Shown one piece after another: positions 9,050 to 19,235 of a DNA stretch of 64,000 nt. Both the position numbers and the translations under genes were made by a program. This stretch comes from an uncultured Thermoleophilia bacterium. Its GTDB lineage: Bacteria; Actinomycetota; Thermoleophilia; Gaiellales; Gaiellaceae. The stretch covers positions 25,733 to 89,732 of the forward strand of contig CAWATJ010000003.1 in assembly GCA_963784965.1 (NCBI GenBank). Direction: 5' to 3'. The notes below the pieces were generated by a model. It worked only from the letters and a program-made list of their open reading frames with translations. It was not told the DNA's origin and did no database searches. Within the stretch, counting starts at the first letter, position 1; each line of letters starts with the position of its first letter.

Positions 9050-9952
9050 ATGAGCGCAGCTCTGACCGGACGCGCGGTCAATGAGATGAAGCCCCTGCCC
9101 ACGCGATCGGTCACACTCTCGTCCGTGACGGAAACGCCCCTGGTACCCTCGTCGGCGCCCCGCTCCGTGCTTACGACCGACGCAAACGCCGGCAGGGTAG
9201 CGCTCGTGACCGGAGGCGGCACCGGCATCGGCGCGGCGACGGCCCTCGAGCTCGCCCGAACGGGAGCGTCGGTCGTGATCTGCGGACGTCGCGCGGAGCC
9301 GCTCGCCGCCGTTCGGGCGGCGATCGAGGCCGCGGGCGGCTCCTGCCTTGTGGTCTCCGCCGACGTTCGCGAGCTCGACCAGGTCGAGGCGCTGGTCGAG
9401 GCGGCGATCGAGCGCTTCGGTACGATCGACCTTCTCGTCAACAACGCCGGTGGGCAGTTCGCGGCCCCCGCCGAACAGATCTCGGCGAACGGCTGGCGGG
9501 CGGTGCATCGGCTCTCGGTGGACGCACCCTGGGCCGTCACGCGGCTCGTCGCCGAGCGATCGATGATCCCCCGGCGCCAAGGGGTCGTCGTGTTCGTAGG
9601 GTTCAGCCCGCGGCGGGGAATTCCCGGGTTCGCACACGCCGCGGCTGCCCGGGCCGCACTCGAGAACCTTGCCTCCGGGCTCGCCCTCGAGTGGAGCCGC
9701 TTCGGGATCCGCTCTCTCTGCATCTCACCCGGGACGATCGCAACCGACGGGCTCGAGCAGTACGACGGCGATCGGGAGCAATGGGCGAAGGCGATCCCGC
9801 TGGGCCGCCTCGGCACCCCGGAGGAGGTCGCAATGTTGATCGCGTTCCTGTGCTCGCCGGGTGGTGCGTATGTCACCGGCACGACGGTGGTCGTCGACGG
9901 AGGCGCCGACGCCTGGGGTCAGGCCGAGCCGCCGCCCCCGCTCGAGCCCTGA
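9050..9952 (+). CDS. SDR-family oxidoreductase
   Basis: Trimmed from track ORF 8843..9952 to ATG 9050; 'TGGGTGIG' cofactor motif, 'NNAG'. Confidence 0.85.
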   Translation: MSAALTGRAVNEMKPLPTRSVTLSSVTETPLVPSSAPRSVLTTDANAGRVALVTGGGTGIGAATALELARTGASVVICGRRAEPLAAVRAAIEAAGGSCLVVSADVRELDQVEALVEAAIERFGTIDLLVNNAGGQFAAPAEQISANGWRAVHRLSVDAPWAVTRLVAERSMIPRRQGVVVFVGFSPRRGIPGFAHAAAARAALENLASGLALEWSRFGIRSLCISPGTIATDGLEQYDGDREQWAKAIPLGRLGTPEEVAMLIAFLCSPGGAYVTGTTVVVDGGADAWGQAEPPPPLEP

Positions 9953-10710
9953 CGCGAGACGAACTCGTCCACGGCACGCTGCGCTTCGGGCGTCTGCGCG
10001 AGGGCGGCGTACGCAACCCGCTCGATCAGCAGCCCGGCTTCGCGGGAGGACTCCGCCATCGCGTCGATCGCCTGCTTCACCACCGAGACGGCGAGCGGCG
10101 GCAGATCGGAGAGCTGCGCAGCGAGCGCCAGCGCCCGTTCGACGGCGGCACCCGGGGAGACGACCTCGGTGACGAGACCGAGTCGGAGCGCCTCCTCTGC
10201 GTCCACGTGGTCGCGGAGGAGCACCAGCTCCTTGGCGCGGGCCGCACCCAGCAGCCGGACGAGACGATGCGTGCCGCCGGAGCTCGGCACGATGCCGATC
10301 GAGACCTCGGGGAGCCCGAACGTCGCGGCTCGGTCGGCGACGCGGAAGTCGGCAGCGAGCGCAAGCTCGAGCCCGCCGCCGACGCACCACCCGTGGATAG
10401 CGGCGATCGTCGGTTGGGGAAGTGCCGCGAACTTCTCGTAGACGTCGCCCGTGTCGCGGTAGTACGCGAGAATCGACGCAGGGGTGGCGTCTCGGAATTC
10501 GGTCACATCCGCACCCGCCGAGAACGCTCGCCCCTCACCTGCGATCACGACGGCTCGACTGTCGCGGAGCTCATGCGAAGCGAGCGCCTCCCCGAGCGCC
10601 CGCTCCACGGCGCTCGAGAGCGCGTTGAGCTTCGCCGGCCGCTGCAACGTCAGCAGGCAGACCGCGCCGCGCCGCTCGACTCCGACCAGTTCCCCCGTCA
10701 CACGGCCCAT
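9919..10710 (-). CDS. Enoyl-CoA hydratase/isomerase (crotonase) family protein
   Basis: Trimmed to ATG 10710 (264 aa); 'AFSAGADV' and 'HGWCVGGGLELALAAD' oxyanion-hole motifs. Confidence 0.85.
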   Translation of the reverse strand: MGRVTGELVGVERRGAVCLLTLQRPAKLNALSSAVERALGEALASHELRDSRAVVIAGEGRAFSAGADVTEFRDATPASILAYYRDTGDVYEKFAALPQPTIAAIHGWCVGGGLELALAADFRVADRAATFGLPEVSIGIVPSSGGTHRLVRLLGAARAKELVLLRDHVDAEEALRLGLVTEVVSPGAAVERALALAAQLSDLPPLAVSVVKQAIDAMAESSREAGLLIERVAYAALAQTPEAQRAVDEFVSRQGSSGGGGSA

Positions 10711-10910
10711 CGTCGCGCGTGCCGTCTCCCACCGCAAGGTGCGCGACCCGGGGCAGCCCGCCGATCGTGAACGGCCGAGGGCTGACCGCCGGCTGCCGGC
10801 GCGCCCCGATCTCCCCGCCGCGCGGCTCGTGCAGATCCCTCGAACGGTGCACGCTCTACCCCGAAACGGGAATGGCAGGGCCCTTCGCGCCGACACACGA
10901 TGGGCGTGCG

Positions 10911-11807
10911 ATGAGCACTCGGCATCTCGTACTCGTGGCGGCGCTGGCCGCTCTGCTTCTCCCGGGCGTGGCGAGCGCGTCGACCCTGATCGACCGCAAC
11001 GCAGCCGGCGTCACGCTGAAGGTCAACAACGCCGGCCAGGCGCTCGTCTCGTACAACGCGCGAGGCAAGCGCTGGAACGTGCTCGCGTCGGGTGCAGTCA
11101 ACGCGATTCCGCCGACGCTCGGAAAGAAACAGATCGACTTCAAGCTCGACTACTCGGGCGGCTGGGGAACACATAAGAAGGACGTCTGGAAGACCTTCAC
11201 GAACACGTGCGGCGCATACACGGGCCCTCGCCTCGCCTGGACCGTGACAAGCTGCACAGCCAGGGACGGCAGCAATTGGGCTCTTCAGGCCTGGCAACGC
11301 ATGCTGCCGAACTACGGCCTCGCACCCACACCCAAGCAGGCGGTCTGGGAGCTCCGGCTCTCGCACTGGACCGGAGATCTCCCGGCCCTGACCGTCAACC
11401 TCGACTGGGCGTATCGAAAGTACGACCACCTCTTCGGGACGTTCATGTACGACGGTGCGCCCGTCCACGGCTTCAGGTCGACGTCGGCCGGGAATCCGCT
11501 CGACTCGTTCGGACGCAACGTCTATCTCGACACGTTCGACTCGGCCTACGGTCTGGGTTGGCGGCGGGAGAACAGCTTCCTGACCCACAAGGGCACGGGA
11601 ACCTTCTGCTACGGCCTCTATCCCCACGGCGTCCGCCCCGCCGGACACGGTGCGCGCTACCGCGCCACGATCATCGGGCCGGGCGTCACCCCCGACGTGA
11701 TGTGGCAGGGAGCCTCTCTCGGCGCTTACGACGAGTCGCTCGACCGGCAACTCGCAGACGTCCAGCGCGAGCTCTACGCCGGCGACAGTCTCTGCAAGCC
11801 CGTCTGA
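10911..11807 (+). CDS. Secreted hypothetical protein
   Basis: Trimmed to ATG 10911; signal peptide 'MSTRHLVLVAALAALLLPGVASA'; coding-like composition with several Cys pairs; no family recognised. Confidence 0.7.
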   Translation: MSTRHLVLVAALAALLLPGVASASTLIDRNAAGVTLKVNNAGQALVSYNARGKRWNVLASGAVNAIPPTLGKKQIDFKLDYSGGWGTHKKDVWKTFTNTCGAYTGPRLAWTVTSCTARDGSNWALQAWQRMLPNYGLAPTPKQAVWELRLSHWTGDLPALTVNLDWAYRKYDHLFGTFMYDGAPVHGFRSTSAGNPLDSFGRNVYLDTFDSAYGLGWRRENSFLTHKGTGTFCYGLYPHGVRPAGHGARYRATIIGPGVTPDVMWQGASLGAYDESLDRQLADVQRELYAGDSLCKPV

Positions 11808-11829
11808 GCCTCGCTTCCCGACGGCCCGC

Positions 11830-12597
11830 TCACTGCCTGATCTCGACCGGCGCTCCGTTCTCGACGAGCCGCACCAATCGTCGAATGTCGGCATTGCGAA
11901 CGCGCAGGCACCCGTGCGAGACGGCGAACCCCGTCATGTCGGGCGCGTTCGTGCCGTGGATCGCGATCGGTCCGCCCCGGGCCCAGCTACGGAGCACCGG
12001 GGAAAACGCCGAGATGCCGAGCGCTCCCGCACCGTAGTCACCGGTCGGAAACGCGATCAGGACACGCTGGTTGACGAAGAACCGGCCGGTCGGCGTGGGC
12101 GTCGACGGCGAACCAATCGCAGTGGCCGTCACGAGCACCGGCCGGCCATCGCGGAACAACGTGATCCGACGCTGCGACAGATCGACTGCGATCCGCGTAT
12201 GCACGGCGCGTAAGCGGACGTCGCCTGCGCGCACCCAACCGGTGGTGCCGTTCGGGCGCACAGGAAGCTGGACCTTGTAGTCGGTGGCGCGGCACCATCG
12301 GTCGACGCGCACTGCGAGCACACCGAATACCGTCGCCACACCGTTCGCGTTCCGCAACGGGAATCGCGTGCCTGTTCGCGCCGCGAGCGCACGTCGGGCG
12401 CTGAGCGGCCGGAGGGCCGCAACCGCGTACGAGAGCCTTTCCGTTCGCATGCCGCGGATCGATCCCGGCATGCAGCCGGCCGAGCGGGCACCGCCGTGCT
12501 TTCCCGCGGGTCGGGCGGCAGAGGCCGACGCCGGTAAGACGACGGCGGTGAGCACGAAGACCAGCAGGCATCCCAGATGGACGCGGAAATGGAGCAC
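11830..12597 (-). CDS. L,D-transpeptidase (YkuD domain)
   Basis: C-terminal 'IAIHGTN...SHGCLRV' catalytic His/Cys motif. GTG 12597 precedes the signal/TM segment; ATG 12663 is an alternative start. Confidence 0.85.
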   Translation of the reverse strand: MLHFRVHLGCLLVFVLTAVVLPASASAARPAGKHGGARSAGCMPGSIRGMRTERLSYAVAALRPLSARRALAARTGTRFPLRNANGVATVFGVLAVRVDRWCRATDYKVQLPVRPNGTTGWVRAGDVRLRAVHTRIAVDLSQRRITLFRDGRPVLVTATAIGSPSTPTPTGRFFVNQRVLIAFPTGDYGAGALGISAFSPVLRSWARGGPIAIHGTNAPDMTGFAVSHGCLRVRNADIRRLVRLVENGAPVEIRQ

Positions 12598-12772
12598 CGG
12601 TCGACATTGTGCCGACCGCGGCCCCGAGACGACCACCGAAATCCCTTCCGATGCCACCACCAATACAAAGCTGCTCCCGGATCTACCCCCCGCTGCTCGT
12701 CACTTCGACGCCGCCGTTACCGGCGCTCGACGACGAGCGACCCGTACCGGCGACGTCTAGGGTTCCACCATC

Positions 12773-13444
12773 TTGCTCTGGAAAGTCTGGGCCGCGGTAG
12801 GGGCCATCGTGTGCGGGGTCGGAGTGGCGACATTCCTGGGAGACGGAGTACCTTCCCAGGCGAAGCTGATCCTGGTGGCAGCGCTCACCGTCGGCGTCGT
12901 CATGACGATCGTGGGACGATCAACGACGGGTGTTCGCCGCCCGAAGCCGGAGCGACGCTCACGCTGGGAGGGAGACCCGGCGCCGCGCGACGGCGATGAC
13001 ATGGTTCTGGTCGACGAAGGGAATCGTGAGCTCATCGACCGTATGCACGGCCTTGTCCGCGAGAGCGACGTCGACTGGTTGCGCACCGAGACGTTCGACT
13101 CATCCTGGCGCGATGACCAGGTGGAGCCCTTCCGGAAGCTCGCACTCTTCGATGCCGGCCGCAGCGGTAGCGTCGATCCGGCACTCAAGGCGGCAGCCGA
13201 CAGACTGACCCGCGCCGCACGTGCGTTCGTCGGGCTCTACGAGGGCAACACGACGGCCGACCCGATCATGCCGGATGCAACGTGGCGCGTGGTCGGGCAA
13301 CCCGGTGTGACCGACGAGGCAGACGTCCTCGTCGAGACCGATCGGATCGGGGAACGGAGCGGGCTCCGAGCTGCAGCCGCCGAGATCTGTGCCAGCTATC
13401 TCGCGCTGTCGGACGTCTCGAGAGCCAGGTTGGCGTCCGAATGA
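12773..13444 (+). CDS. Hypothetical membrane protein
   Basis: 223 aa, TTG start; two N-terminal hydrophobic segments then a soluble domain; no motif recognised. Confidence 0.55.
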   Translation: MLWKVWAAVGAIVCGVGVATFLGDGVPSQAKLILVAALTVGVVMTIVGRSTTGVRRPKPERRSRWEGDPAPRDGDDMVLVDEGNRELIDRMHGLVRESDVDWLRTETFDSSWRDDQVEPFRKLALFDAGRSGSVDPALKAAADRLTRAARAFVGLYEGNTTADPIMPDATWRVVGQPGVTDEADVLVETDRIGERSGLRAAAAEICASYLALSDVSRARLASE

Positions 13445-13480
13445 ACCGGCTGCACCCGTCGAATCGGCGCCCGGTCGCCG

Positions 13481-14179
13481 CTATCGGTCGCCGAGCACGT
13501 TGACCCAGACAGCGACGTCCCTGTAGTCGCCGAAGCTCTCGCCGGGGAGCACGGCGAGCCCTTGCTCGTGCCACGCCCGCCGAAACAGGTTCGCGCGATG
13601 CGGGGGGCTGTTCAGCCACGCGTCCACTGCGACCCTCGGGGCACCCCAGGGACCCGACGCGACGTACAGGTTCTCGCCGAACTCCCCGGGGTATCCGGTC
13701 GATCGCACGGAGGACGTCCAATCGCCGCCACAGGGATTGTGCGCAAAGTTCTTGCACCGGATGATCGCTCGGGCCTTGCGGACAGAGGCCCCATTCAGCA
13801 CCGGCAGGACGACGAGGTCGCGAAGGCCCTGGCGTCTTCGGGCGAAGTTGACGAGACACGCCACCGCTGCGACCTGGCGCCCGGCCGGGAGATCTGTTCG
13901 CTCCCCGCCCGGACAGACGCTCTCGCTCGCGAGGTAGGGCTTCCAGGGATCATTCGCGGCATACAGCGACGCCGTGCTGAGCGTCAATGAACGGTCGTCG
14001 TGGCCGGACGACGACAGCACCTCGCGGATTCGCGTGGGATTCCCGGCCGGCCCATCGCCACCGAGGCAGGTGGCAACGGAGAGACTCACCGCCACCAGGA
14101 TAGACAACGTAAGCGGGGCACGGAACCGCCTGCGCCGCGGTCCTGTAGTGCAACCCGAGGCGCTCGTCCCCACAGGCAT
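13481..14179 (-). CDS. CAP/SCP-domain secreted (lipo)protein
   Basis: 232 aa; N-terminal signal with 'VATC', C-terminal CAP-like 'GENLY...WLNSPPHRANL'. Confidence 0.8.
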   Translation of the reverse strand: MPVGTSASGCTTGPRRRRFRAPLTLSILVAVSLSVATCLGGDGPAGNPTRIREVLSSSGHDDRSLTLSTASLYAANDPWKPYLASESVCPGGERTDLPAGRQVAAVACLVNFARRRQGLRDLVVLPVLNGASVRKARAIIRCKNFAHNPCGGDWTSSVRSTGYPGEFGENLYVASGPWGAPRVAVDAWLNSPPHRANLFRRAWHEQGLAVLPGESFGDYRDVAVWVNVLGDR

Positions 14180-14336
14180 CGAAGAATGCTAACAGCCCGC
14201 TGCGGACGAGTAGTGCGGCCTGCGGCCGGAACATCCGTTCTCGGCGTCGCAAGCGCCGTGACGCACGGCGCAGGAACGGCGAGCGCCGATCTCTCACAAA
14301 CAGACTCGGCCGATCGAACCGCACTAGGATCGATCC

Positions 14337-15014
14337 ATGGTCGCCGGGGTCGTGTTCGACATGGACGGCGTCATCGTCGACACCGAACAGGTGTGGGACG
14401 ATGTCCGCGAGGAGCTCGTCACCGACTGGGGCGGGCGGTATCCACGCGGCGCGCAGCGGGCGATGATGGGGATGAGCTCGAGTGAGTGGTCGTGCTACAT
14501 GCACGATCGGCTCGGACTGTCGCAGAGTCCCGAGGAGATCAACGACGAGGTCGTCCGCCGGATGCTCGAGCGCTACCGAGCCGATCTGCCGCTCGTCGAC
14601 GGCGCTGTCGATGCCGTCCGAGACCTTGCGAGGTTCTTCCCGCTCGCCGTCGCGTCGTCCTCGAACCGCACGCTGATCGACGTGGTTCTCGCCGCCGCCC
14701 GTATCGCCGACCGCTTCGCCGCCACCGTTTCGTCCGAGGAGGTCGCACGCGGCAAGCCAAGCCCCGATGTCTACCTCGAAGCAGCTCGTCGCCTCGGCGT
14801 GCCTCCGGAGCGGTGCGCCGCCGTAGAAGACTCTGCGAACGGCATCCGGGCAGCCGCCGCGGCGGGGATGCGCGTCGTCGCCTATCCGAATCGCCACTTC
14901 CCGCCCGACGCGGCTGCGCTCGCCCACGCGCACACGGTCATCGATTCGCTCGACGAGCTCCCGGCGGCAGTCATTCGAGGTCTCGATCGACGGGAACCCG
15001 CAACCATGCCATGA
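14337..15014 (+). CDS. HAD-IA family hydrolase (beta-phosphoglucomutase-like)
   Basis: 225 aa; motif I 'VVFDMDGVIVDTE', 'VASSS', 'KPSPDVY', 'EDSANGIRAAAAAGM'. Confidence 0.85.
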   Translation: MVAGVVFDMDGVIVDTEQVWDDVREELVTDWGGRYPRGAQRAMMGMSSSEWSCYMHDRLGLSQSPEEINDEVVRRMLERYRADLPLVDGAVDAVRDLARFFPLAVASSSNRTLIDVVLAAARIADRFAATVSSEEVARGKPSPDVYLEAARRLGVPPERCAAVEDSANGIRAAAAAGMRVVAYPNRHFPPDAAALAHAHTVIDSLDELPAAVIRGLDRREPATMP

Positions 15015-15139
15015 CCGGGCCGGAATCGGGCGTCCGCCCGCCCTCCGAAACCGGGTTGCCGAGCTCAACCGACCTTCTCACCGTGCCCGGACTTCACGGC
15101 GAGAGTCGACAGGGGACCGTCCGTGAGTAGCCTTGGAGG

Positions 15140-15874
15140 ATGGTCATGACCGACGCGACAGCGAAGCCGTCGAGGCGGAGTCCCGCCGCTCGCCTGGCCC
15201 GCATCGCCGGCAACGTGCTCCTCGTGATCGGCGCGATCGCCCTCGTCTGGGCGTTCGTGATCTGGCGTTGGGGCGATCCCGTGACCGGCTTGTACACCCG
15301 CTGGGAGCAGCACAAGCTCGAGAGCCAGCTCGCGGTCGTACAGCGGCATTTCAAGCCGAACCCGGCGCCGGCCTCTCCCGCGCCCACCCCTGTCGCGCTT
15401 GCGCGCGAGCGCGCCGCGGCGAAGCGGGCCGCAGAACGGCTCGCCGCCTTGGCGCACGCCGGCGATCCCCTCGGCCGGATTCGTGTGCCGCGGCTCGGAC
15501 TCAACATGATCGTCGTGGACGGAACCGATCACGACTCTCTCAAGCGGGGCCCCGGGGTCGACCGGCGCACGGCGCTTCCCGGCGAGGGACGGCTCACGTA
15601 TATCGCCGGTCACCGAACGACCTACGGTGCGCCCTTCGCGCATATCGACCGTATGCACCGGGGCGACCTGGTCGAGCTCGACATGCCGTACGGCAAATAC
15701 GTGTACCGCGTCACCAACTGGGTGATCGTGCCGGCGAACGACCTTTCGCGGCTCCGCACCCGCGGCCGTGAAGAGGTAGCCCTCCAGGCGTGTCACCCGC
15801 GCTTCTCGGCCCGCGAGCGGTACATCGTCTACGCACGGCCCGTGTCGGGGCCGGGCATCCGGAACGTCAGCTGA
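15140..15874 (+). CDS. Class E sortase
   Basis: 244 aa; N-terminal TM, catalytic 'AGHRTTYG' His, 'LQACHP' Cys, downstream Arg. ATG 15146 is better spaced from GGAGGA and is an alternative start. Confidence 0.85.
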   Translation: MVMTDATAKPSRRSPAARLARIAGNVLLVIGAIALVWAFVIWRWGDPVTGLYTRWEQHKLESQLAVVQRHFKPNPAPASPAPTPVALARERAAAKRAAERLAALAHAGDPLGRIRVPRLGLNMIVVDGTDHDSLKRGPGVDRRTALPGEGRLTYIAGHRTTYGAPFAHIDRMHRGDLVELDMPYGKYVYRVTNWVIVPANDLSRLRTRGREEVALQACHPRFSARERYIVYARPVSGPGIRNVS

Positions 15875-16610
15875 GGCGGGCCACGAACGTGACCGTGCGC
15901 CGCACGCAACCCTGCCCGCGCACGGTGACAGAGCCCACGGCTCTCCGCGGGCCGGTGAAGCGTCCTGTCAGCCACACGCGTACGGGTCGACCACCGGCGC
16001 CACGAGCGGTGCCCCGGAAGGAGAACGACTTGTCGACGTCGACAGCCACCCGCGCCAGTGGAACGTCCCAGAGACATTTCACGGGCACGATCAGGCTCCC
16101 GATCGCGCGACCTTGAGGACCGATCCTGAATCCACTCCTGGCACCGATCACGTACCCGGCACCCGGAACCGGAGTGGGAAGGCTCGCATCCCGGCTGGGG
16201 ACGCTCGCCGCCTTTGCCCCGAGCGCCGGGACATCGGGGCGCCGAATCTCGGCGAGCAGCGCAAGGCCGGTGATCATCACGACCCAGACCACCATCAACG
16301 CGAGCCGGCGAGCAGCGGCGACCCCGAGGCGCTGAGGTCGGGGACAAACGGCGCCCGTTGGACCGTCTCCTGCAGCAGCCGGAAGGCCGGGCGCGATCGT
16401 CGCGCCGATACTCTCGAGCACCTGCAGGGGGCGATCGGCCGTGATTCGACCGAGCACGAGCTCCCACGGCCGGTCGGGCAGCGCTGCGCGCGCGGCCGCT
16501 GCGGCCTCTGGATCGACGAGCGCGAGCTCGGGAGTGATCACACCGACCGTGCCGGCGCTGGCCGGATCGGGGCCGGAGGCCGTAGGGGAGCTTAGGTTGA
16601 GATCCTCCAT
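15867..16610 (-). CDS. Hypothetical membrane protein
   Basis: 247 aa; central TM 'LALMVVWVVMITGLALLA'; coding-like third-position GC; no family recognised. Confidence 0.5.
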   Translation of the reverse strand: MEDLNLSSPTASGPDPASAGTVGVITPELALVDPEAAAAARAALPDRPWELVLGRITADRPLQVLESIGATIAPGLPAAAGDGPTGAVCPRPQRLGVAAARRLALMVVWVVMITGLALLAEIRRPDVPALGAKAASVPSRDASLPTPVPGAGYVIGARSGFRIGPQGRAIGSLIVPVKCLWDVPLARVAVDVDKSFSFRGTARGAGGRPVRVWLTGRFTGPRRAVGSVTVRGQGCVRRTVTFVARLS

Positions 16611-16792
16611 CCTCTACTCGCCTCTTCTCACGTATCCAGCTGCAGGGTTCGGTGGGCAGCGGCCAAGTCCTTGGGCGTGTCCCTCGCTCGGCCGGGTCAA
16701 ACGAGCGGGTACGCTCAATTGTCGGTGTTTGCAGCCCGATCGCGAGCCGTCGTCCGCTCGAGGAACTCCACCGCAAGGCCGAAGACCCGTAG

Positions 16793-18034
16793 GTGACCAC
16801 TTCCATGAACCCGGATCAGACAGGTGCCGCGGCCCGCGGCGACGAGGCGGGCCCGACCGCGTTCTCGGTCGTGTGCTTGTCGCCGCAGGACTGGGCGGTA
16901 GCCCTACCGACGAACCGGCAGCAGATAATGCGCCGCGTCGCCGAACGCGGTCACGAAGTCCTCTTCGTCGAGACGGGCCAATTCCTCGGCGTCCACCTGA
17001 AGCGACTCCTCGTCGGGCCGGGACGCCGCTCCCTGGCACTGCGGCTCTTCATCGGCGAAACGGTAGCGCCGGGAGTGACGGTGCGGAAGGCCCTGAATGT
17101 CCTCCCCTGGGGGCAGCGGTACCGGTTCAGCGGCATGATCAACGGCTTGGTCAGCTCCTGGGTGGTGTCGCGAGCCTCTCGAGCGCTCCCTCACCCTCGC
17201 GTGACGTGGTTATACGACCCGTGTGCGACGTGGGCGATCGGCGCCGCAAAGGACCAGATCGCGGTGTACGACTGCGTGGACGACTACATGGAGCAGACCT
17301 CGGACGATCGCAACCGCCGGCGGATAGCCGAAGCGGATCGACGGGCGGCTTCCCTCTCGCGCCTCGTTTTCACGACGTCGACCCCGCTGCACGAGCGCCA
17401 CGGGCGGGTCAATCCACGTACCCATCTCGTCCGCAACGTCGGCGACTTCGACCATTTCGCTCCAGCCGCCGACCGGAGCATCGCTCCGCAGGGGCTCAGT
17501 GGGATGGCACGGCCCGTCCGAGGCTTTGCGGGAAACTTCCTGCACGGCAAGGTCGACTTCGACCTGGTGGACGACGTTGCCGCGTCGCTCGACGAGGGGA
17601 GCCTCGTCCTCGCCGGACCGGCCGGCGATCCGGCGGTCGCCGAGCGCCTGCGCGCAATTGCATCCCGGCCGAACGTCGTCTGGGTCGGCGGGGTCGAGTA
17701 CGACGCCCTCCCCGCGGTCGTCGCTTGCTTCGACGTTTGCCTCATCCCGTACCTGGAGAACGACTACACGCGCAGCTGCTTCCCACTCAAGCTGTTCGAA
17801 TACCTCGCGGCAGGAAAGCCGGTCGTCGCCAGCGGACTCCCCGAGCTTCGGGGGATGGAGCCCGATGTGGTCGTCGTCTCGGGCTCGTCCAGCTTCCTCA
17901 CTGCAATCGACGCGGCCGCCGATCTCATCACTCCCGCGGACTTCGCCCGGCGGCAGGCAATCGCGAGCGAGAACACCTGGGAAGGTCGCACCTCACGGCT
18001 GCTCGGGCTGATCGCGGAGGAGATCGGGCCGTAA
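16793..18034 (+). CDS. Glycosyltransferase (GT4/GT1-like, TuaH-like)
   Basis: 413 aa; C-terminal 'FPLKLFEYLAAGKPVVAS' GT-B sugar-donor motif. Confidence 0.8.
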   Translation: MTTSMNPDQTGAAARGDEAGPTAFSVVCLSPQDWAVALPTNRQQIMRRVAERGHEVLFVETGQFLGVHLKRLLVGPGRRSLALRLFIGETVAPGVTVRKALNVLPWGQRYRFSGMINGLVSSWVVSRASRALPHPRVTWLYDPCATWAIGAAKDQIAVYDCVDDYMEQTSDDRNRRRIAEADRRAASLSRLVFTTSTPLHERHGRVNPRTHLVRNVGDFDHFAPAADRSIAPQGLSGMARPVRGFAGNFLHGKVDFDLVDDVAASLDEGSLVLAGPAGDPAVAERLRAIASRPNVVWVGGVEYDALPAVVACFDVCLIPYLENDYTRSCFPLKLFEYLAAGKPVVASGLPELRGMEPDVVVVSGSSSFLTAIDAAADLITPADFARRQAIASENTWEGRTSRLLGLIAEEIGP

Positions 18035-18035
18035 C

Positions 18036-19229
18036 GTGCGCATCCTGATCGCAAGCGACCAGTGGTCGCCTGATACGGTCGGCGGCTCGGCTCGCGTCGC
18101 TGCCGACACCGCCCGTGCGCTCGCGGCAAGGGGCCACTCGGTGACGGCGATTGTGCCGGCGCAGCCGGGCCATGAGGAACGAGCGGTCGAGGACGACGTC
18201 GAAGTCCATCGGGTCCTGCGACGTCATGGGCTGCCGCAGACGCTCGCCGACCCCGTCGCGACGCGCCGCAGCACTCGCCTTCTGTCGTCGAGCTTCGACG
18301 TGCTCGTGGGCCATCAGTCGACCACGGCCGTAGGTCTCGGGGCCGGGATGCCCGGCGTCCCGCTCGTGCTCGTCTACCACGCTTCCGCAGTCCTCGAGAG
18401 CCGGTACCTCGGGTCCCGTGCGGGGCGGCTCGAGCAGGTGAAGCTCCGGGCGCTCGATCCCGTTCACGTCGCGCTCGAGCGCCGGGCCGTCCGGCAGGCC
18501 TCGACGATCCTCGTCCTCAGTGCGTTCAGCAACGGCCTGCTCATCGACCAGCACCCCGCTGCCGGTGGGCGGGTGCGCCGGGTGCGCGGCGGAGTGGACG
18601 CCACATTCCTCGCTCCTCCTCTCGAGCCCACGGCCGCCGTTCGGGCACGGCACGGGATCCCCGCCGACGCGATCTTCCTGCTCACAACTCGCCGACTCGA
18701 GCCTCGAATGGGCCTCGAGGAGCTTCTCGCCGCGCTCGCCGTGGCCGACCACCCCGGGCTCACTCTCGCGATCACGGGCAACGGCGGCCAACGCACGTCG
18801 CTGGAGAAGCTCGCCCGTGCGCTCTCCGTGCTGGATCGTGTGCGCTTTCTGGGACGTGTGAGCGAGAGCGAGCTTCGTGCCCTCTACGCCGCTGCGGACC
18901 TCTACGTGCTTCCCACCGTCGCGTACGAGGGGTTCGGCATGTCGACCGTCGAGGCGCTTGCAAGTGGCACACCCGTCCTCGGCACAGCGGTAGGAGCGAC
19001 GCCGGAGATCCTCGCCCCGATCGACGAGGGCCTGATCGTCCCGCGGGCCGATGCAAACGCCCTCGCAGCGGGACTCCTCCGGATGATTCCCCGGCTCACG
19101 CCCGAGCTCCGTGCCCGGTGCTCCGAGTGGGCGAGGGCCGAGTACGCGTGGGAGGTCGCGATCCTTCCCTGGGAGGCGGCGCTTCGTGAATCGACGATTG
19201 ACGCCGATCCGGTTCCGGGTAACCTCTGA
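18036..19229 (+). CDS. Family 4 glycosyltransferase
   Basis: 397 aa; 'MRILIAS...GGSARVAADTARALAARGHSV' N-terminus, 'EGFGMSTVEALASGTPV' E-x7-E region. Confidence 0.85.
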   Translation: MRILIASDQWSPDTVGGSARVAADTARALAARGHSVTAIVPAQPGHEERAVEDDVEVHRVLRRHGLPQTLADPVATRRSTRLLSSSFDVLVGHQSTTAVGLGAGMPGVPLVLVYHASAVLESRYLGSRAGRLEQVKLRALDPVHVALERRAVRQASTILVLSAFSNGLLIDQHPAAGGRVRRVRGGVDATFLAPPLEPTAAVRARHGIPADAIFLLTTRRLEPRMGLEELLAALAVADHPGLTLAITGNGGQRTSLEKLARALSVLDRVRFLGRVSESELRALYAAADLYVLPTVAYEGFGMSTVEALASGTPVLGTAVGATPEILAPIDEGLIVPRADANALAAGLLRMIPRLTPELRARCSEWARAEYAWEVAILPWEAALRESTIDADPVPGNL

Positions 19230-19235
19230 GGGGGT

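Noticed and set aside
10711-10910. The 200-nt GC-rich leader upstream of the secreted protein gene as a riboswitch (for example the ydaO/cyclic-di-AMP class, which is often found upstream of cell-wall genes).
   Set aside because: I could not identify the conserved motif elements by eye. An Rfam/Infernal scan would be needed, so no call is made.
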